This document shows, one piece after another, positions 12,101-24,948 of a DNA stretch of 64,000 nt (the stretch's first letter is position 1; the number at the start of each line of letters is the position of its first letter). The position numbers and the translations under genes are program-made. The notes beneath the pieces are model-generated. The model was not told the DNA's origin and did no database searches. It worked only from the letters and a program-made list of their open reading frames with translations. Origin of the DNA: Vitrella brassicaformis CCMP3155 (lineage: Eukaryota; Protista; Chromerida); assembly GCA_001179505.1 (NCBI GenBank), contig CDMY01000408.1, positions 21,253-85,252 of the forward strand. The letters are read 5' to 3'.

Positions 12101-15100
12101 TTTGTCAACTTCCTGTTGTTGACGGCGTCCAGTAGGGTCTGGTCTCTCGGCCAGCTTCTGCCGCAGCTTCCTGATCTCCTCCTCCCTGTCTATCGCCTTC
12201 CTGAATAAATGTACCCAACACACACACACAGACGCATGAGAGACTCACATGTCCTCCATCTGTGTGCTAAGAGGCGTGCATACGTACTTTTGTTGGAACT
12301 CGAAAGCCCGCTGCGTCTTCTCGTAGAACTTGATACGCTCATTGAGGTTTTGAGCCTCTGTGTCCGACGCAGCTTTCTGCAGGGTAGGGTAGACAGACGA
12401 GGGTGCATGCACTGACTGCACAGGCTGGTGGGTGAGGGGTTCCCTCCCTCAGCCACACGGCCAGGGACTGGACTCACCTGTTCCTTGAGTTTTTGTTGGA
12501 GTATGGCGGTCTCCTCGCGGGCCCTCTCGAGCTTGCTGGCCATGTCCTGCACGCCATGAGCCTTGGCCACCCACTGCTCCTTCTCCCCCCGAACCTCAGC
12601 CAACTCCTCCTGACAACAGCAACCACCGTGTGTGTGTGTGTGTGTGTGTGGCGCACTGCACTGGCTGACCTGTAGCTTGCGTGCGCGTTGTTTCTCCTTG
12701 TCGTAGTTGGCTTCGATGCGCCTGAGGCGCTCGTCGGGCGGGACGTCGTACTTGATCTTGGCCCTGGCGGCGTTGAGCTCCTCGGCCATGCGCACCTGGT
12801 CCTCCTCGTGCTGGCGACGCTCGTCATTCAAGTACGCTCGCAAACCCTGATTCTCCTGCATACACACACACACAGAGGGAGGGAGGGAGGGAGGGAGGGA
12901 GAGATGGTGATGGCATGTGCTCCTTTGTCGTCGGTGTGTCTGATGTCCATGTCTGTCCAGGTACCTGAGTGAGTTTCCTGTTGTCGGCCTCTGCTGTAGC
13001 GAATAGCTGCTCCACCTGCTGGTGCTCCCTCGTCAGCTTGTCAAGCTCCTCCCGCAGCCGGGCGTTCTCATGCCGAAGCCAGTCTTCGGTGGTCATCTCC
13101 TCCCTCTCACTACTACCCTCACCACCCTGATTGGCCTGGCTGGGTGTGCCGGCGTGCGATTCCCGCTCCCGTCGTCTGGCCCGCCTCTTGGCTGTCCCGG
13201 GGGTGTCCCTCATGCGGCCATGAGACTTGCGCAGATTGCCGCCGCCATGGCCCTCACCCTTGTGCAGGAACTGGCGGGCCGGCGTGTTAGGGTCAGCCGG
13301 GGGGACCGTGAAGTCAGGGAGGACGTCGTGGCTGTCATCGTCGGGCGTCTCGGTGCCAGAGGGTGCGGAGGGAGCAGGGAAGGCAGCGGGGGCGGAAAGG
13401 GGCTGTTGCTGGTGCTGCTGGGGCGGCAGGGGCGGGGGAGTGCTGGCCTGTGACTCGTTCTGCTTGTAGTGGTCGATCTGCCGGCGCTGCTCCTCACATT
13501 TGGTCTCGAACCCGTCGAGCTTCTGCTGCAGGGTGCGGAGCATCTCCTCGAGCGTGGCCTTCTTCTGCTGCTCCTGCTGGTCCCTCTCGGCCTTGTCCTG
13601 GGCGAACTGCCGCTCTCTCTCCTCGGCCGCACGCCGCAAAGCCTCCACCTCGCGACGCAGCTCGGCCGCCTGACGCTCTGACTCGTTGATACGACGATCA
13701 GCCTCCTCTACCTGCATGCACACCGACGCACACACATCCATCCATGCCGCAACACAGATCTCCCTCCCAGGAGCTCATTGAAACCCTTCTGCTCCCCCCC
13801 TCTCAGACTCACCTGCGCAACTCTCTGGCTGAGGGCCTGCACCTCTCCCAGCGCCGCCCGCAGCTCAGCGGTCCGGTCCCGCGGACCGCTGTCGCCCTCG
13901 GCTGGCACGGGAGCCGACGCGACGCCTGACGGCTGACAGCCCATAGCACCCGCACTCTCGCCCACCGGAGATGCCGCAGCCGCGTTGGCCGCCGAGTCGC
14001 TATTGTCCGGTGGGGCAGAGTGGACGCGCTGTGGCGGCTGGGAGGGCCCTTTGGTGTCCTGCTTGTCGTCCAAGAGGTCGCGCTGCTCCTCCTCAGTGAG
14101 AACTCGGGGGCGGATGCCCCCTGGCCCATGCATCGTGGGGACTGCCGAGGGAGAGCTCACCAGCCGCGCCGCTGCTGCCGCTGCTGGAGGGATTGGCTGC
14201 TCTTCGAGGACTATTTCCTGGACGTCGGGAGTCTCCTGGCCGTTGTCGTCTTCGATGATGGGCGATGGCTCCTCCGAGGCCGGCTGCCCCACCCCGCGCA
14301 TGCCGACAAAGTCTGGTGTGAATGCCCTCTCCACCCCACCGCCCTCACCGTACGGCCGCGGCGTGTTGGGGCCGATCTTCTCCGCCTCTATCGACACCAG
14401 GCCCTCCTCGTGCGTCACGGCAGACGTGACCGACTTGGCCGCCTTGACAATCGTGCCGGGCGACCGTGCGGCCAGGCCCCCTTCGCCGATGCCGTCGGGC
14501 GTCTTGGGGTCGACACCATTGACCTTTGGGAGAGGCTGCCAGTGCTGAGTGCCGCTGTCAGTGCGCCGCACCTGCCGAATGCGGTGGGGGACGGCCGGTG
14601 TTGGCGCAGGGGGGACGGAGGTGTCTTCGTCACGGTCCTTGTCCTTGTCCTCTCCTCCCTCCTCGCCCCTCTCCACGCCGTCGACGGGCCGCTCCGTCTC
14701 GGGTATGGGCGGGAGTGTGACGCCCTCCGCCGGTCTCTCCGCCGGCTGGTCCACCGATGCGTCGGCCTCCTGGAGCACCTCGTCCAGTGCCGTGGGGTCG
14801 AGGAGGATCTCGCCGATGTCCGCCACCGTCTTGACGTTCTCGAACGAACTCCGCTTGGCGTAGGGCGTGGGCGACAATGCACTGTCAACGTCAGCCGCCG
14901 TGCGGATGGGCCGCTGGGGCGAGGAGCCGAGCGAGTCACCAACTGGGCGGTCCTTGTGCCCGTGTGCGTCTGCATCGCTTTCGAAGTCCTCTGAGTACTC
15001 CTCCTCCTCTACCCTCGGGGCGGCATCGGGCTGAGAGGGAGGGGGAGGCGCAGAGGGAGGGGCAGGGGGAGGGGGCGGCGACGGTGGTCTTGGCTGGGGC

Positions 15101-15388
15101 TGGGGCTGGGCCGCTCGGCTCTCGAGGGTCTCTCGCGTCTCGCGCGCCTCAGACACCCCAGACTGAGACCACACAGGGACCAACACCGCACAAGCAGGGA
15201 GTGGAGGGATGCATGTCTGTGTTTGTGAGGGTGGCAAGGCAATGGTCTTTCCCACCTGCAGCGCCTGCAGATATCCTGCGAACACAGACGCCTGTGCTGC
15301 CGTGAGCGGCTGCTCGCTGCCCCCAGCCTGTGGCGCAGCGGCAGACGGTTGCGATTCACCAACATCCTCTAGGCCACTCGCACCCTGC

Positions 15389-15421
<33 letters not shown>

Positions 15422-16194
15422 AAGGGCTGTGAGAGCACCTTCCCTGCGAGGTTGTGGTATTTTCTGACGTGTTGGTCTGGCGATTGGTCGGCGTGTGCGT
15501 CAGCTGGTTCGCCGCGCCTGCCCTTCCCTCGCGGTGTGTCACGCGCCGACTTTGTGCCCTTGGTGGGCGAGCGAGATCGCGACGCAGAACGAGACTTCTG
15601 ACACCCAACACCCACACACACCACACACAGACACTAAGTGCCTCTGTGTGTGAACCGCCCCGCCCCGTACCTTGTCCCGTGCGGCCTTCTTCCTGTCCCT
15701 GCCCTCCTGCTGCTCGCGCAGGCCCTCCTCGTATATCTGGTTGATACGGCTGATCTCCTCGGCATCGATCTCAATGACCGCATAGGGGTCGGCATCCACA
15801 GCACCGTACAGCCCGGCGTTGGGCGCAAAGCCGGCTGCTGCAGCACCCGTCGGAAGGCCACGAGAAGTGGTGGGCCGGCCGGAGCGCTGCCACACACCAC
15901 ACACCAGCGAGTTTTAACGCAGGATTACATACCCGCTTGTCGTTGCCCTTCGGCTTCGTGTTGGTGGTCTGGTCGCTCCCTCAGGTACCTTTGATCGGGT
16001 GTCAGCTGAGAGGTCAGCGTAGTCGTCCGAGTCCTCCTCGTTGATGAACTGATGCAGGCTACCGATAGAACCACCCTCGCGATGGTGGGCTGACACACAC
16101 ACACACAGATAGCCAGAGGAGCGAACGGCCACAAGCCACGTGTGTTGCTTGCAGGACGTTTGTTAAATGCAGCCAGCCTCTTGATTGAGCCCAT
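9117..16194 (-). CDS. CEP162: Large coiled-coil protein, CEP162-like (centrosome/transition zone), with an EF-hand-like segment and a Gln-rich C-terminus; multi-exon
   Basis: Long coiled-coil ORFs 13708..15624, 12824..13741, 10843..11982 and 9311..9925. EVDKLRKQV-SELSDALKKKHPDSLTAMMAS...VKDLEAQV...EASLGTLRAQHD resembles the recalled CEP162 core (QVKEMEGILKRRYPNSLPALILAA...KKSLRTMEQQF). Also ERIKFYEKTQ and EEYSEDFESD; EF-hand loop DIDSNQDGFIERRDF. Both ends approximate. Confidence 0.6.
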
Positions 16195-16626
16195 CCTCCT
16201 CTCACCCATTCGTCAGATGAAGGAGCTGCAGCAACCAACCATCACCAGAAAGATGGATTGCTGTCCGTGGGAAGCACCAGAAGCGATAGGCTATCTCATC
16301 ATCACCACACTAACAGCCAGAATCATCGTCATCGTTATTACATACCCCTGCCAGAACTTCTTCTTTCCACCTCTGTTTCACTCCAGGGCAGCGTAACTCC
16401 TCCTCCTCATCCCGGGGCGGGAGGATATCCTGGAGCCGTTGTGTCGCAGTCCAGCCCATAGCCGGTTCACGGCCGTGAACCGCCCGAGGAAAGTGACTTC
16501 AAAGAAAAGGGCGGATACATCGGGCTGCTGCTTGCAGGGTGAGCAAACCGATGCGCCGCTCCTTCTTCCTACCGCATCGCCATCTCTGATGGGTCATCTT
16601 TGGTCTTCTGTCAGGCGCTGACAGCA

Positions 16627-19065
16627 ATGGATAACTCTCCGCCTCCAGTCCAAGTGGGAGGCGCTGCCGCTCAGCCCGATGTGCAGCTGCAAGATCTGTC
16701 ACTTCCCGAGCCCCTGCGCGCGCATCTCAAGGCCATGGGCAAGCACTCAGGTGATAGCGTAGCGACGACATCCGCATGGGGACAATGGACGTCCTTATTG
16801 GTGTTGTGTTGTGTGGCGTTTGCAGAGTATTCTCTGGTGGTGTGTGGTGACCTCGAGAAGGAGTGCCAGCTGGCAAAAGTGGAGAAAGAGGTGCAATGCA
16901 ATCGGCCTCTACAATGAATGCCGTGTGGATGGATGGATGGATGTGTGTGTTTGTGTGCGCGTGTGTGTGGTCAGGTCGGGATGGACAAGGTCAGCATGGC
17001 GTTGCTGGTGCACAGTGAGTGCAGCAAGCTGCTCCACCGATACAACTGGCATGGGGCACTCGCAGACCCCACGCAGGTGGGTACTCACAAGCTCAATCCG
17101 ACAGACAGACAGACAGACAGACACCCTCTGTGCTCTCCATGTGCCATCCATTCATGTGTGTCCGTCTACTGTAGATGTTGTCGTCACACGAGGAGGGCGG
17201 CCCCTCTCCGTGGCTGGCAGGGCCGCCCGGCTCGCTGCCGCCATCGCAGGAGGAGGAAGGAGATGCCGATGAGAATGGCCATGACGATGGTGACGCACCG
17301 CCGCTGTATACTGGCACAGGGGGCCCAGGTGGGATGCAGCTGATGGAGATGCAGCTGGTGGAGATGGAGATGCCCCCGCCATCGCCCTCGCCCTCCCCAG
17401 CGCCAGGCATGCACCCGCCACTCGTACCCTCGTGCATGCACTTCGGCACGGGAGCTGCCGAGTGAGTGACTGAGTGAGAAAGAATAGACGAGCAAAGACA
17501 GACAAGAAAGACAACTGACGTCATTAGTGTGTGTCGTGCTGTGTGTTGTCTCATGTGAGGTTTGATCGCATATTGGGCGGTGGTTTGCGAGCGGGCAGCT
17601 GGACGGAGCTGTACGGGCCGTCTTCGTCTCTGCTGACAGAGGTCCTCCAGTCCGTCGCCGCACACGTGACGATGGCCCACCCAACAGCCACAGTCGTCTA
17701 CTGCCAGGCTGGTACGGCACCAGCATGCCGCCCTTTATGCTCACTGCACTGGACTGATTTATCTGTCATGATGGATGTCTTGTGTGCAGGTCTGACGTTC
17801 AGGGCCGAGAGTTTCCTGGAGGTGCTCAACGCGCGATACATCGACGAGCGGCTGCACGAGACGCAGGAGGCCGAGTCGGTGCTCAAGGCCGCCCTGTCGC
17901 GATTGCGGGTGGAGCACACACCCACGTGGGAGGAGCTGTCTGTGGCACTCGACCGCATACACATGGCCAACGCCCTCCGTGGTGGCAAGCCGCGTGTGTT
18001 GGTGATAGTGGACGGGCTGTCGCTGGTCTTCACGCCGCTCACGAGCCTCAGACCATTCCCATGTATGTGTGTATGTGGGTATGTGATGTGATGTGAGGGA
18101 TGGAACGTCGTCAGAGAGGATCGCTGTCTACTATACTGTCCGTGTGTGTGGTGTGTGGTTGTGTGTGTAGATGTGGAGCATTTGCTGTGGCGTCAGATGC
18201 GGCGTGTGGCCCTCAGCGCAGAAGTCGCCATACTGGTTTGTATGGATGTATCGATCTCTCTATCGTATAGAGAGAGAAGCTCTCTCTGTGTGTATGGTTT
18301 CCTCTGCCTCTCTCTCTGTCCTTCAGACGACCAACCACACAGTATCGCCGAGCGGCCGCGACCAAACAACTGTGAGCCTGACGTCTGTTGGGGGCTCTCT
18401 ACATAATTAGCTGACAAACAAACACGCCTGTCTGTCTGTCTGTCTGTCAGCAGCATCAGCAGCGGTCGATGGCGGGTGACATGGACATTGGCTCGGCATC
18501 GTCCGGCCGCTATCAGGTGCCGCGCCACCGTCCTGGCATGGGGTGGTTCTGGCTGCACGGACCGGACCTCACGGTTAGCCAAAGGCACACTCCCACCAGC
18601 CACGAGTGCACAACTCGATGCGTGTGTGCACCTTAGGTAGAGGTTGAGCCTGTCGAGAGTGTGTATGAGGGCGTCTGTGAGGGTGAGGAGCCTGACGCCA
18701 ACGTGCCCATGCCTGTGTGGGCGACAGTGCGGTCACACGACCACCTGCACGTACGGCATTGCAATGAGTGAGAGTGTGCCATGGGTTGGCCGATCTGTGG
18801 ATGGATGGGTGCGTCGCGACACGTGTGTGTGTGTGTATGTGTGTATGTGTGTGCAGCCGCAGCTGAGAGGCCAGAGGGCCCAGCTGTATGCCACCATCAA
18901 GGGTACGCACCCCTAAACACACATCACCATGACGTGTGTGTGTGTCTGCGCGTGTGTGTCTCAGGGATAGTTGATGCGCCGGACGATGTGACGGGCCATC
19001 CACCCAACATGTCCGACGCCATGCAGATGCAGACAGACACGCTGCAGCAGTCGAGCGTAGCGTAG
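16627..19065 (+). CDS. RAD51D: RAD51 paralog (RAD51D-like) with degenerate Walker A; multi-exon
   Basis: Spliced FGTGAAE|FDRILGGGLRAGSWTELYGPSSSLLT, Walker B VLVIVDGLS, VAIL|TTNH, RPGMGWFW (cf. RAD51D VVTNH, KPALGRSW); N-terminal LQDLSLPEPLRAHL resembles the paralog N-domain. Confidence 0.7.
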
Positions 19066-19390
19066 CGTAGCTTACTTTGCCTATCCTTCGTGTGCACAGA
19101 CAGCCGTCCAGTCCATGTGCAGTGTACAGAGACATCTGCCACTTGTCAATATCGATCTTCTCGTCCGCCGCGGTCGGTGAGGGTTTCATCCTACGCAGTA
19201 TGATAGGTAGAGTCTTGAGTTCATAAATCACACACATAGACAGACAGACAGACATACACGCACACAAGGACCATCCACTCACTCAGGCAAAGAGAAACAC
19301 GCGACAAGACCACACACCACATACCACAGCGCACCATTCGTTTCTCCACCACCGCCACCACCACCACCCGTTCGTCCTGACTCACTCAAG

Positions 19391-20727
19391 TCAATCCTTG
19401 TCGGTTTTGATGGCTGCTCTCTTGGCCCTTTTGCCGGTCATGCACTCGGCCAGTTCGACGAAGGTCCTCTTGAGCTGTGCGGAGGGGAACAGCAGCGGAA
19501 TGCACGCACCCTCCTTCAAGTAAAACGCACACGTACTGAGGGAGGGAACAAGGGAGAGAACAAATCACAGACAGACACATATATCGACACATGAGAGGAG
19601 AGAGGGAGGGAGGGCCACTTGGTCTGTCCCTTCCTGACCGATCAGCTTCTATTTCCGATTTGATTTCGACTTTGGCCAGGTGCTCCTTGGTGTGCAGCAG
19701 GCCACGCAGCGCATTCAACGGGACCTCACGGGCCTTCTCCTGCACACACACACAAGTGCACCAAAACACACAGATGGACAGAATTATGGAGGGAGGGAGA
19801 GACGGCCATGCACATGGACAGATGCTGTGTGTCTGACCTCTGTGCCGATGATGAAAACCCCCTCGTCGTACCGGAGCTTCAACGAACACTCTATCTGCTG
19901 ACCACCCTGACAACATTCAAAGGCAGACAGACAGACAGACAATGAGACAGAAAGTGCTTGTCTCCCCCCCTCCCTCCCTCCCCCCTCTCAGGCTGCCTGC
20001 CCCTGGCTGACGACGTACTTACGTGTAGGAGTACTGCGACGGGCAGTCCGTCCTCCTCGAGTTGGTTGACGAAGTCCAGCGTCTCAGCCTTCAACTCTGA
20101 CTTGGACTTAGCCGGACCCCTCCCAGACTGACACACAAACACACAGACACAGACACATGTATCCAACCGTTCATCCATTAGGAATGAGCTCTGGCCGAGA
20201 AGGTCGGTCGGTGGTCGGGCGGTGTCTTACTTGGCTTGCAGAGACGCCATACGACTCCTTGTCCGACGCTGCAAGCAGCAATATCAATAAGCGAGGGACA
20301 ACCACATGCCACACACTGCGTTCAGGTCCCACCCCCCGCTCACCCATGGAGGAGCTCTCCACTGCGGGCCCCTCGGGCGGCGCCAGAGACGGCGACACGT
20401 CGGGACTCGGCATGGGCGGATAACTCGCGTGCTGCACTCAGCCAGTCCAGTCCAAATGTGGCGCCGAGACGTCCGTCTCACCTCTGGTTCTTCCGCTGCT
20501 TCGATCTGCGACGCGGGCGGCTGGAAGTAGACACCGCCATTCGCTGCCGGGGGCTGATAGGCTGCATTCGACGGCGGCGCTGCACACACGCAAGACAGAC
20601 AAATGGTGGGTGATTTGCGCGGTGCACCCACGGGGGCTGAGAGACTCATTCATTACATACCGACAAATTGCTGTTCTCCCTTGGTGGCGTCTTCGCAGCC
20701 GCAACACCGGCTAATGTAGGCACCCAT
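19391..20727 (-). CDS. ISP: IMC sub-compartment protein (ISP family, PH fold) with N-terminal myristoylation/palmitoylation motif
   Basis: ATG at 20727 gives MGAYISRCCGC; core DFVNQLEEDGLPVAVLL, IECSLKL, KAREVPLNALRGLLHTKEHLAKVE, LKEGACIPLLF matches recalled apicomplexan ISP motifs; stop at 19391-19393. Confidence 0.82.
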
Positions 20728-21091
20728 GGCCACACACGGTGGACCACACTGCATCAAAGAGAACACGCCATCGCAGCCTTTCTCCATGTGCACATGAGCA
20801 GACACTCCATGCTAACTCACCTACCTTTGTGTAAGGCTGAATCAGAGGTGCCGCAGTGCAAATGGTGAATGCCCTGCTGCAGCACCACAGAATGACCAAC
20901 AACAACACATCCCCTGCACTTGTCTCTCCGAGAGTGGGGGCAAGACGCGCTGGAGCTCGCCCCCCAGATCTCCGGCTTGAAATCATGAGATCTCCAGCAA
21001 CTTAACTTGAGGCGACTCTCTACATCTACACCTATCGACGGCTCGAGGCCTGCTGCTCACTTCATCCCCCGCACACTACAGGCAGGAAAGG

Positions 21092-22945
21092 ATGTGTGGT
21101 CGAGTGGCCTGCACGCTGGCTCCCGCCCAGCTGCGCCGCATCGCCAGGGCACAGCGCACACGAAACCTCGGCAACTACAGACCCAAGTCAGTCAGTCAGC
21201 GATCGCTGGCATACACGGCAAGGGAGGTTCAGCACTGATTGGCGCGACTCCATGTTGTTGTGATGCTTGCATTGCAGGTACAACATGGCACCGACCAACA
21301 CGGCTCCCGTCATCTACGAAAAGAAGAACAAGGACAACGGCGGCGGCCGCGAGCGTGTGGTGCACGCCATGCGGTGGGGACTCATCCCCTCCTACGCCAA
21401 GAAGGAGACCGCATTCACGGGAGAGTTCAACACCATCAACGCCAGAAGCGAAAACGTCGCCAACAGCCCCGTATACCGGTCAGTCAGCCAGCCAGCCAGC
21501 CGATGGATGACCGTGGATGGATGAATGATGGTGTGGTGTGGTGTGGTGTGGTTTGGTTCATCTCTGCAGGCGTCTGGTGAACAGCAAGCGTTGTGTGGTG
21601 GTAGCTGATGGATTCTACGAGTGGAAGGCCAACCCCAGGGGCGGCAAGAAACTGCCCCACTTCATACGGCTCAAGAAATCCGTCAAGGGTCGGTGGGTGC
21701 CTCGCACGCACGAACTCGTGTGGAAGGATCCCTTCACCGATATCTATCAATGGTTGTGTGTGACGTGTGTCGTTTCAGAGTCTGTGATAGAGTACCACGA
21801 CAAGGCCACGGCAGCAACAGCGGCATCGGAGGCCGCTGAGCCGCCCGCCAAAAAGATCAAGACAGACACCCAGTCGACTGCCGGTGCGCATACAGCAGAC
21901 CACTACCGACCAGAAAACTGTCTGTCTGTCTGTCTGAGTGTGTGCAGATGGTGCTATGGTGGAGTATGACGGCGAGTCGCTGCAGTGGCCCCCCGAGGGC
22001 ACTGACGCACGCCAGGCCGTCCTCAATGAAAACGAGGCGCCGCTGCTCATGGCCGGTGCCCACCACTAACAGACAAACAGGCCTACACACACAGCACACG
22101 TGTGCCTTGGTTGCATCTTCTGGCTGTGTTTGGTTTGTCGTGTGTGCTGTGCAGGTTTGTATGACGCGTGGAAGGACCCCGACAGCGGCGAGTGGCTGTA
22201 CTCGTACACAGTCCTCACGATGGACTCTTCACACACACCCGTCGAGGGCGTGCACGACAGGTGCGGACGATGGATGAATCCGCCGCTAATTGCTCACACG
22301 CCACCTGTGAGTGGTCATGTCACGTGCAGGATGCCCGTGTTTCTGACGCCCGAGACGGCGTCGCTGTGGCTCGACTGTGAGGGCGTGCCGCTGCAGCAGT
22401 GCCTCGACACCGTCAAGCGTCAAGCCGCCAAACTATGTACTTAAGTGCATCAATTGACCGACACACAATCCACTGCCTTCATCCGCGTATGCGGTGTGTG
22501 TGTGTGTGTGTGTGCAGGCCAGGAGTCGTTTGAGTTGTACGAGGTGCCGCCGTTGGTGAGCAACATGCGCAACAACAGCATCGAGTGCGTCATGCCCAAG
22601 GACCAGTACGACAAGGCACAATTCAACAAAGGCATCGGACGCTTTTTCTCACCCACCTCGCAAACCAAGAAGGACCCGGGCAGCGCCGCCGCCAGTGCAG
22701 CCCTCCCCGCCCCCGCCATCAAGAAACAGGAGATGCCGTCAGCTGCAGCTGCGGCAGCCATCAAGCGGGAAGAGGCTTCATCTCCCGCTGCTGCTGGTGA
22801 TGGCGGTGGTGGTGGTGGTGTCAAGAAGGAGGAGGTCAAGCCCAAGGCCAAGCAGGGGTCAGGGCGGGGCAGCAAGGGCACGCCGCCGCCGGTGGAGGGC
22901 AAGGGTTCCATCAAGGCCTTTTTCAAACCGGCAAGCGGCAAGTAA
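21092..22945 (+). CDS. HMCES: SRAP-domain abasic-site processing protein (HMCES/YedK), multi-exon
   Basis: MCGRVACTL (Cys2), RYNMAPT, MRWGLIP, INARSE, RCVVVADGFYEWK, AGLYDAW, YSYTVLT, VHDR|MPVFL. Confidence 0.95.
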
Positions 22946-23708
22946 GTAGGAAGGAAACAGACAGGGAGGGAGGGAGGGGGCATGGTGTAGTGTAGACGGG
23001 TATTTTTAGATGGTGGGCTTAATGGTTTCCCTGGCACGTGTTTATTTGTTTTCCGCCTTCTTGAGATACATACGCCCACACATTCATCGAGGTTTTTGAC
23101 ACCCATCTTGTTGAGGAGTTGTCAGGTTGGAAGGCACTCATGTGAGAGAAACGAGCAGCGATTGAACGGTCAGTGCTCGGACGCGTTGCATCTGTTGGTG
23201 CTGGTGGGAAAGTCTCGGCTTGCCATGCAGAGTTCAGACAGGAAGGACACAACAAAGAAACACGGTCAGATGCACACACACACACACACGCCGTCACACG
23301 GACGGGACATTCACACAACTGAATCTCAACACACAGACACGGACGCGCTCCCTTGACACACACAAACACAGGACTGACTGACAAGTGTACACACCCACAC
23401 ACCCACACTCCCTTGTTGGCTGATGGGAGGACGAATTGTGCCAATGAATGACCAAGAAAAACAAGCGTGATGGCCGGTGTGTCTGGCCGAGAGGCCAGAC
23501 AGACCACCCCACCGCCCACAAACGCAGGGGTACAGTAGACTAGACTACAGCACACCACGTGCGCCGACACGGCATACACAGGGAGGGCTACATATAGCCA
23601 CCATCTCACCCGCTTCCTACCTACCTAGTCAAGTCAAGTCGAGTCGAGTCGACAAGAACAGTGCACTCACCGCCCCACCGCATCCATCCCTCGACCCCAT
23701 CCACTCTC

Positions 23709-24710
23709 TCAGAAAGGCACATAACGACCGTCCGGCCGACCCAGCTTGTGATTCTCTGATTCAGCGGTCGTGTCGGTGGTGTCGCTTGTGCTGTCAACGT
23801 CAGTGTCCTCTTGTGGATCGGTTGGTTTGCCCACCACACGCACGTCGGTAAGCGCCGCTGCTGGCGCCTGGGCCGATGACGCTTTTGGCACAGGGGCGGA
23901 GGGGGCATGTGTTGTCGTCGTCGTTCTCTCCCACGGAGTTTGGCCGGCACGGTTTTTTCCAGCACAGATCCCATAGATGACGACCAGGACCAAGAAGGAG
24001 GGGCAAATGTAGGTCATGAAGTCGGCGGGCGAAGAGGGGGGACAGGCATCGCCCTCCAGTCTCTCATTCTTGGCGTCGAAGCACACGTCAAAGTCAGTGG
24101 AGCTCCGCCAGTGGGTGACGGCCACAATCATCATGGCCAATGCCAACGTCAACGAGGTGCAGCCGTAGATGACATCGGACCAGTGGTTCCCGGCTCGCAG
24201 CAAGCAGAGGGCACCCACGAGGAGGAGCAGGGGAACGACGCAGCCAATCACGACGTACACAAAGATGCCTGCACCCCTGAAATCCCGCCACATGGCAGCC
24301 GCCTTGTGGTCGTCCCGGGCCGAGCTCTTCTTCATCAACCAGCCGTAGGACGCAACGCACCTGCAGCAGCTGCCGTGCCCCTCGCAACTCTGGAAGTCCT
24401 GGCGGCCGAAGGGCGACTCGATACTCTGCCGCTCGCACCGGAGGGCGTAGTTGGCCGGTCCCCCAACACCAATTGTCAGACGGTAGCGCTGCAGCCCGTA
24501 GCTTTGCGACAGGTCCGCGTAGTGATGCGCGACGGACACCTGGTAAGCCCCCGTGGTGAGATCCTGCTCGATAGAGTGAATATGGTACTTGAAGTGCCTC
24601 CTTGACTCGACTCGCCACCCCGGCAACATAATGGGGAAGATCGCAGCGAGGACCACAATGAGGAAAGCCAGCGCTCTCAGAGCTAGCTTTTTGGCTGGAA
24701 CGCCCTCCAT
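23709..24710 (-). CDS. Hypothetical four-TM (claudin-like topology) membrane protein, family member A; intronless
   Basis: ORF from M at 24710: TM1, Cys-rich loop (YGLQRYRL, SPFGRQDFQSC, CRCVASYGW, AAAMWRDFRGAG), three more hydrophobic segments, Thr/Asp-rich tail. Confidence 0.75.
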   Translation of the reverse strand: MEGVPAKKLALRALAFLIVVLAAIFPIMLPGWRVESRRHFKYHIHSIEQDLTTGAYQVSVAHHYADLSQSYGLQRYRLTIGVGGPANYALRCERQSIESPFGRQDFQSCEGHGSCCRCVASYGWLMKKSSARDDHKAAAMWRDFRGAGIFVYVVIGCVVPLLLLVGALCLLRAGNHWSDVIYGCTSLTLALAMMIVAVTHWRSSTDFDVCFDAKNERLEGDACPPSSPADFMTYICPSFLVLVVIYGICAGKNRAGQTPWERTTTTTHAPSAPVPKASSAQAPAAALTDVRVVGKPTDPQEDTDVDSTSDTTDTTAESENHKLGRPDGRYVPF

Positions 24711-24948
24711 GCTGACCACCGCACAAGCCAAGCACACGAGTTGATGACAAGGTGATGACTCCCCCGTTCCTTTCTTCTTTTCCTCACATTTGTGTGATGT
24801 CCTGTGTGTGAACGGCCAACGGTATAGGATGAGGACAGCGGGGTGAAAGAAAGGAAGGAGGAGGAAGGCTGCGGATCTGCTCAAGTTTCCGTTTCACGGT
24901 TGGTGTACCGTTTCATGGATGGGTGGTTGTTCTGTCGCAGAGGATATC

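Noticed and set aside
13985-14994. Long plus-strand ORFs opposite the CEP162-like gene (similar ones opposite the FKBP, RAP and four-TM genes)
   Set aside because: Antisense shadows of GC-rich coding sequence.
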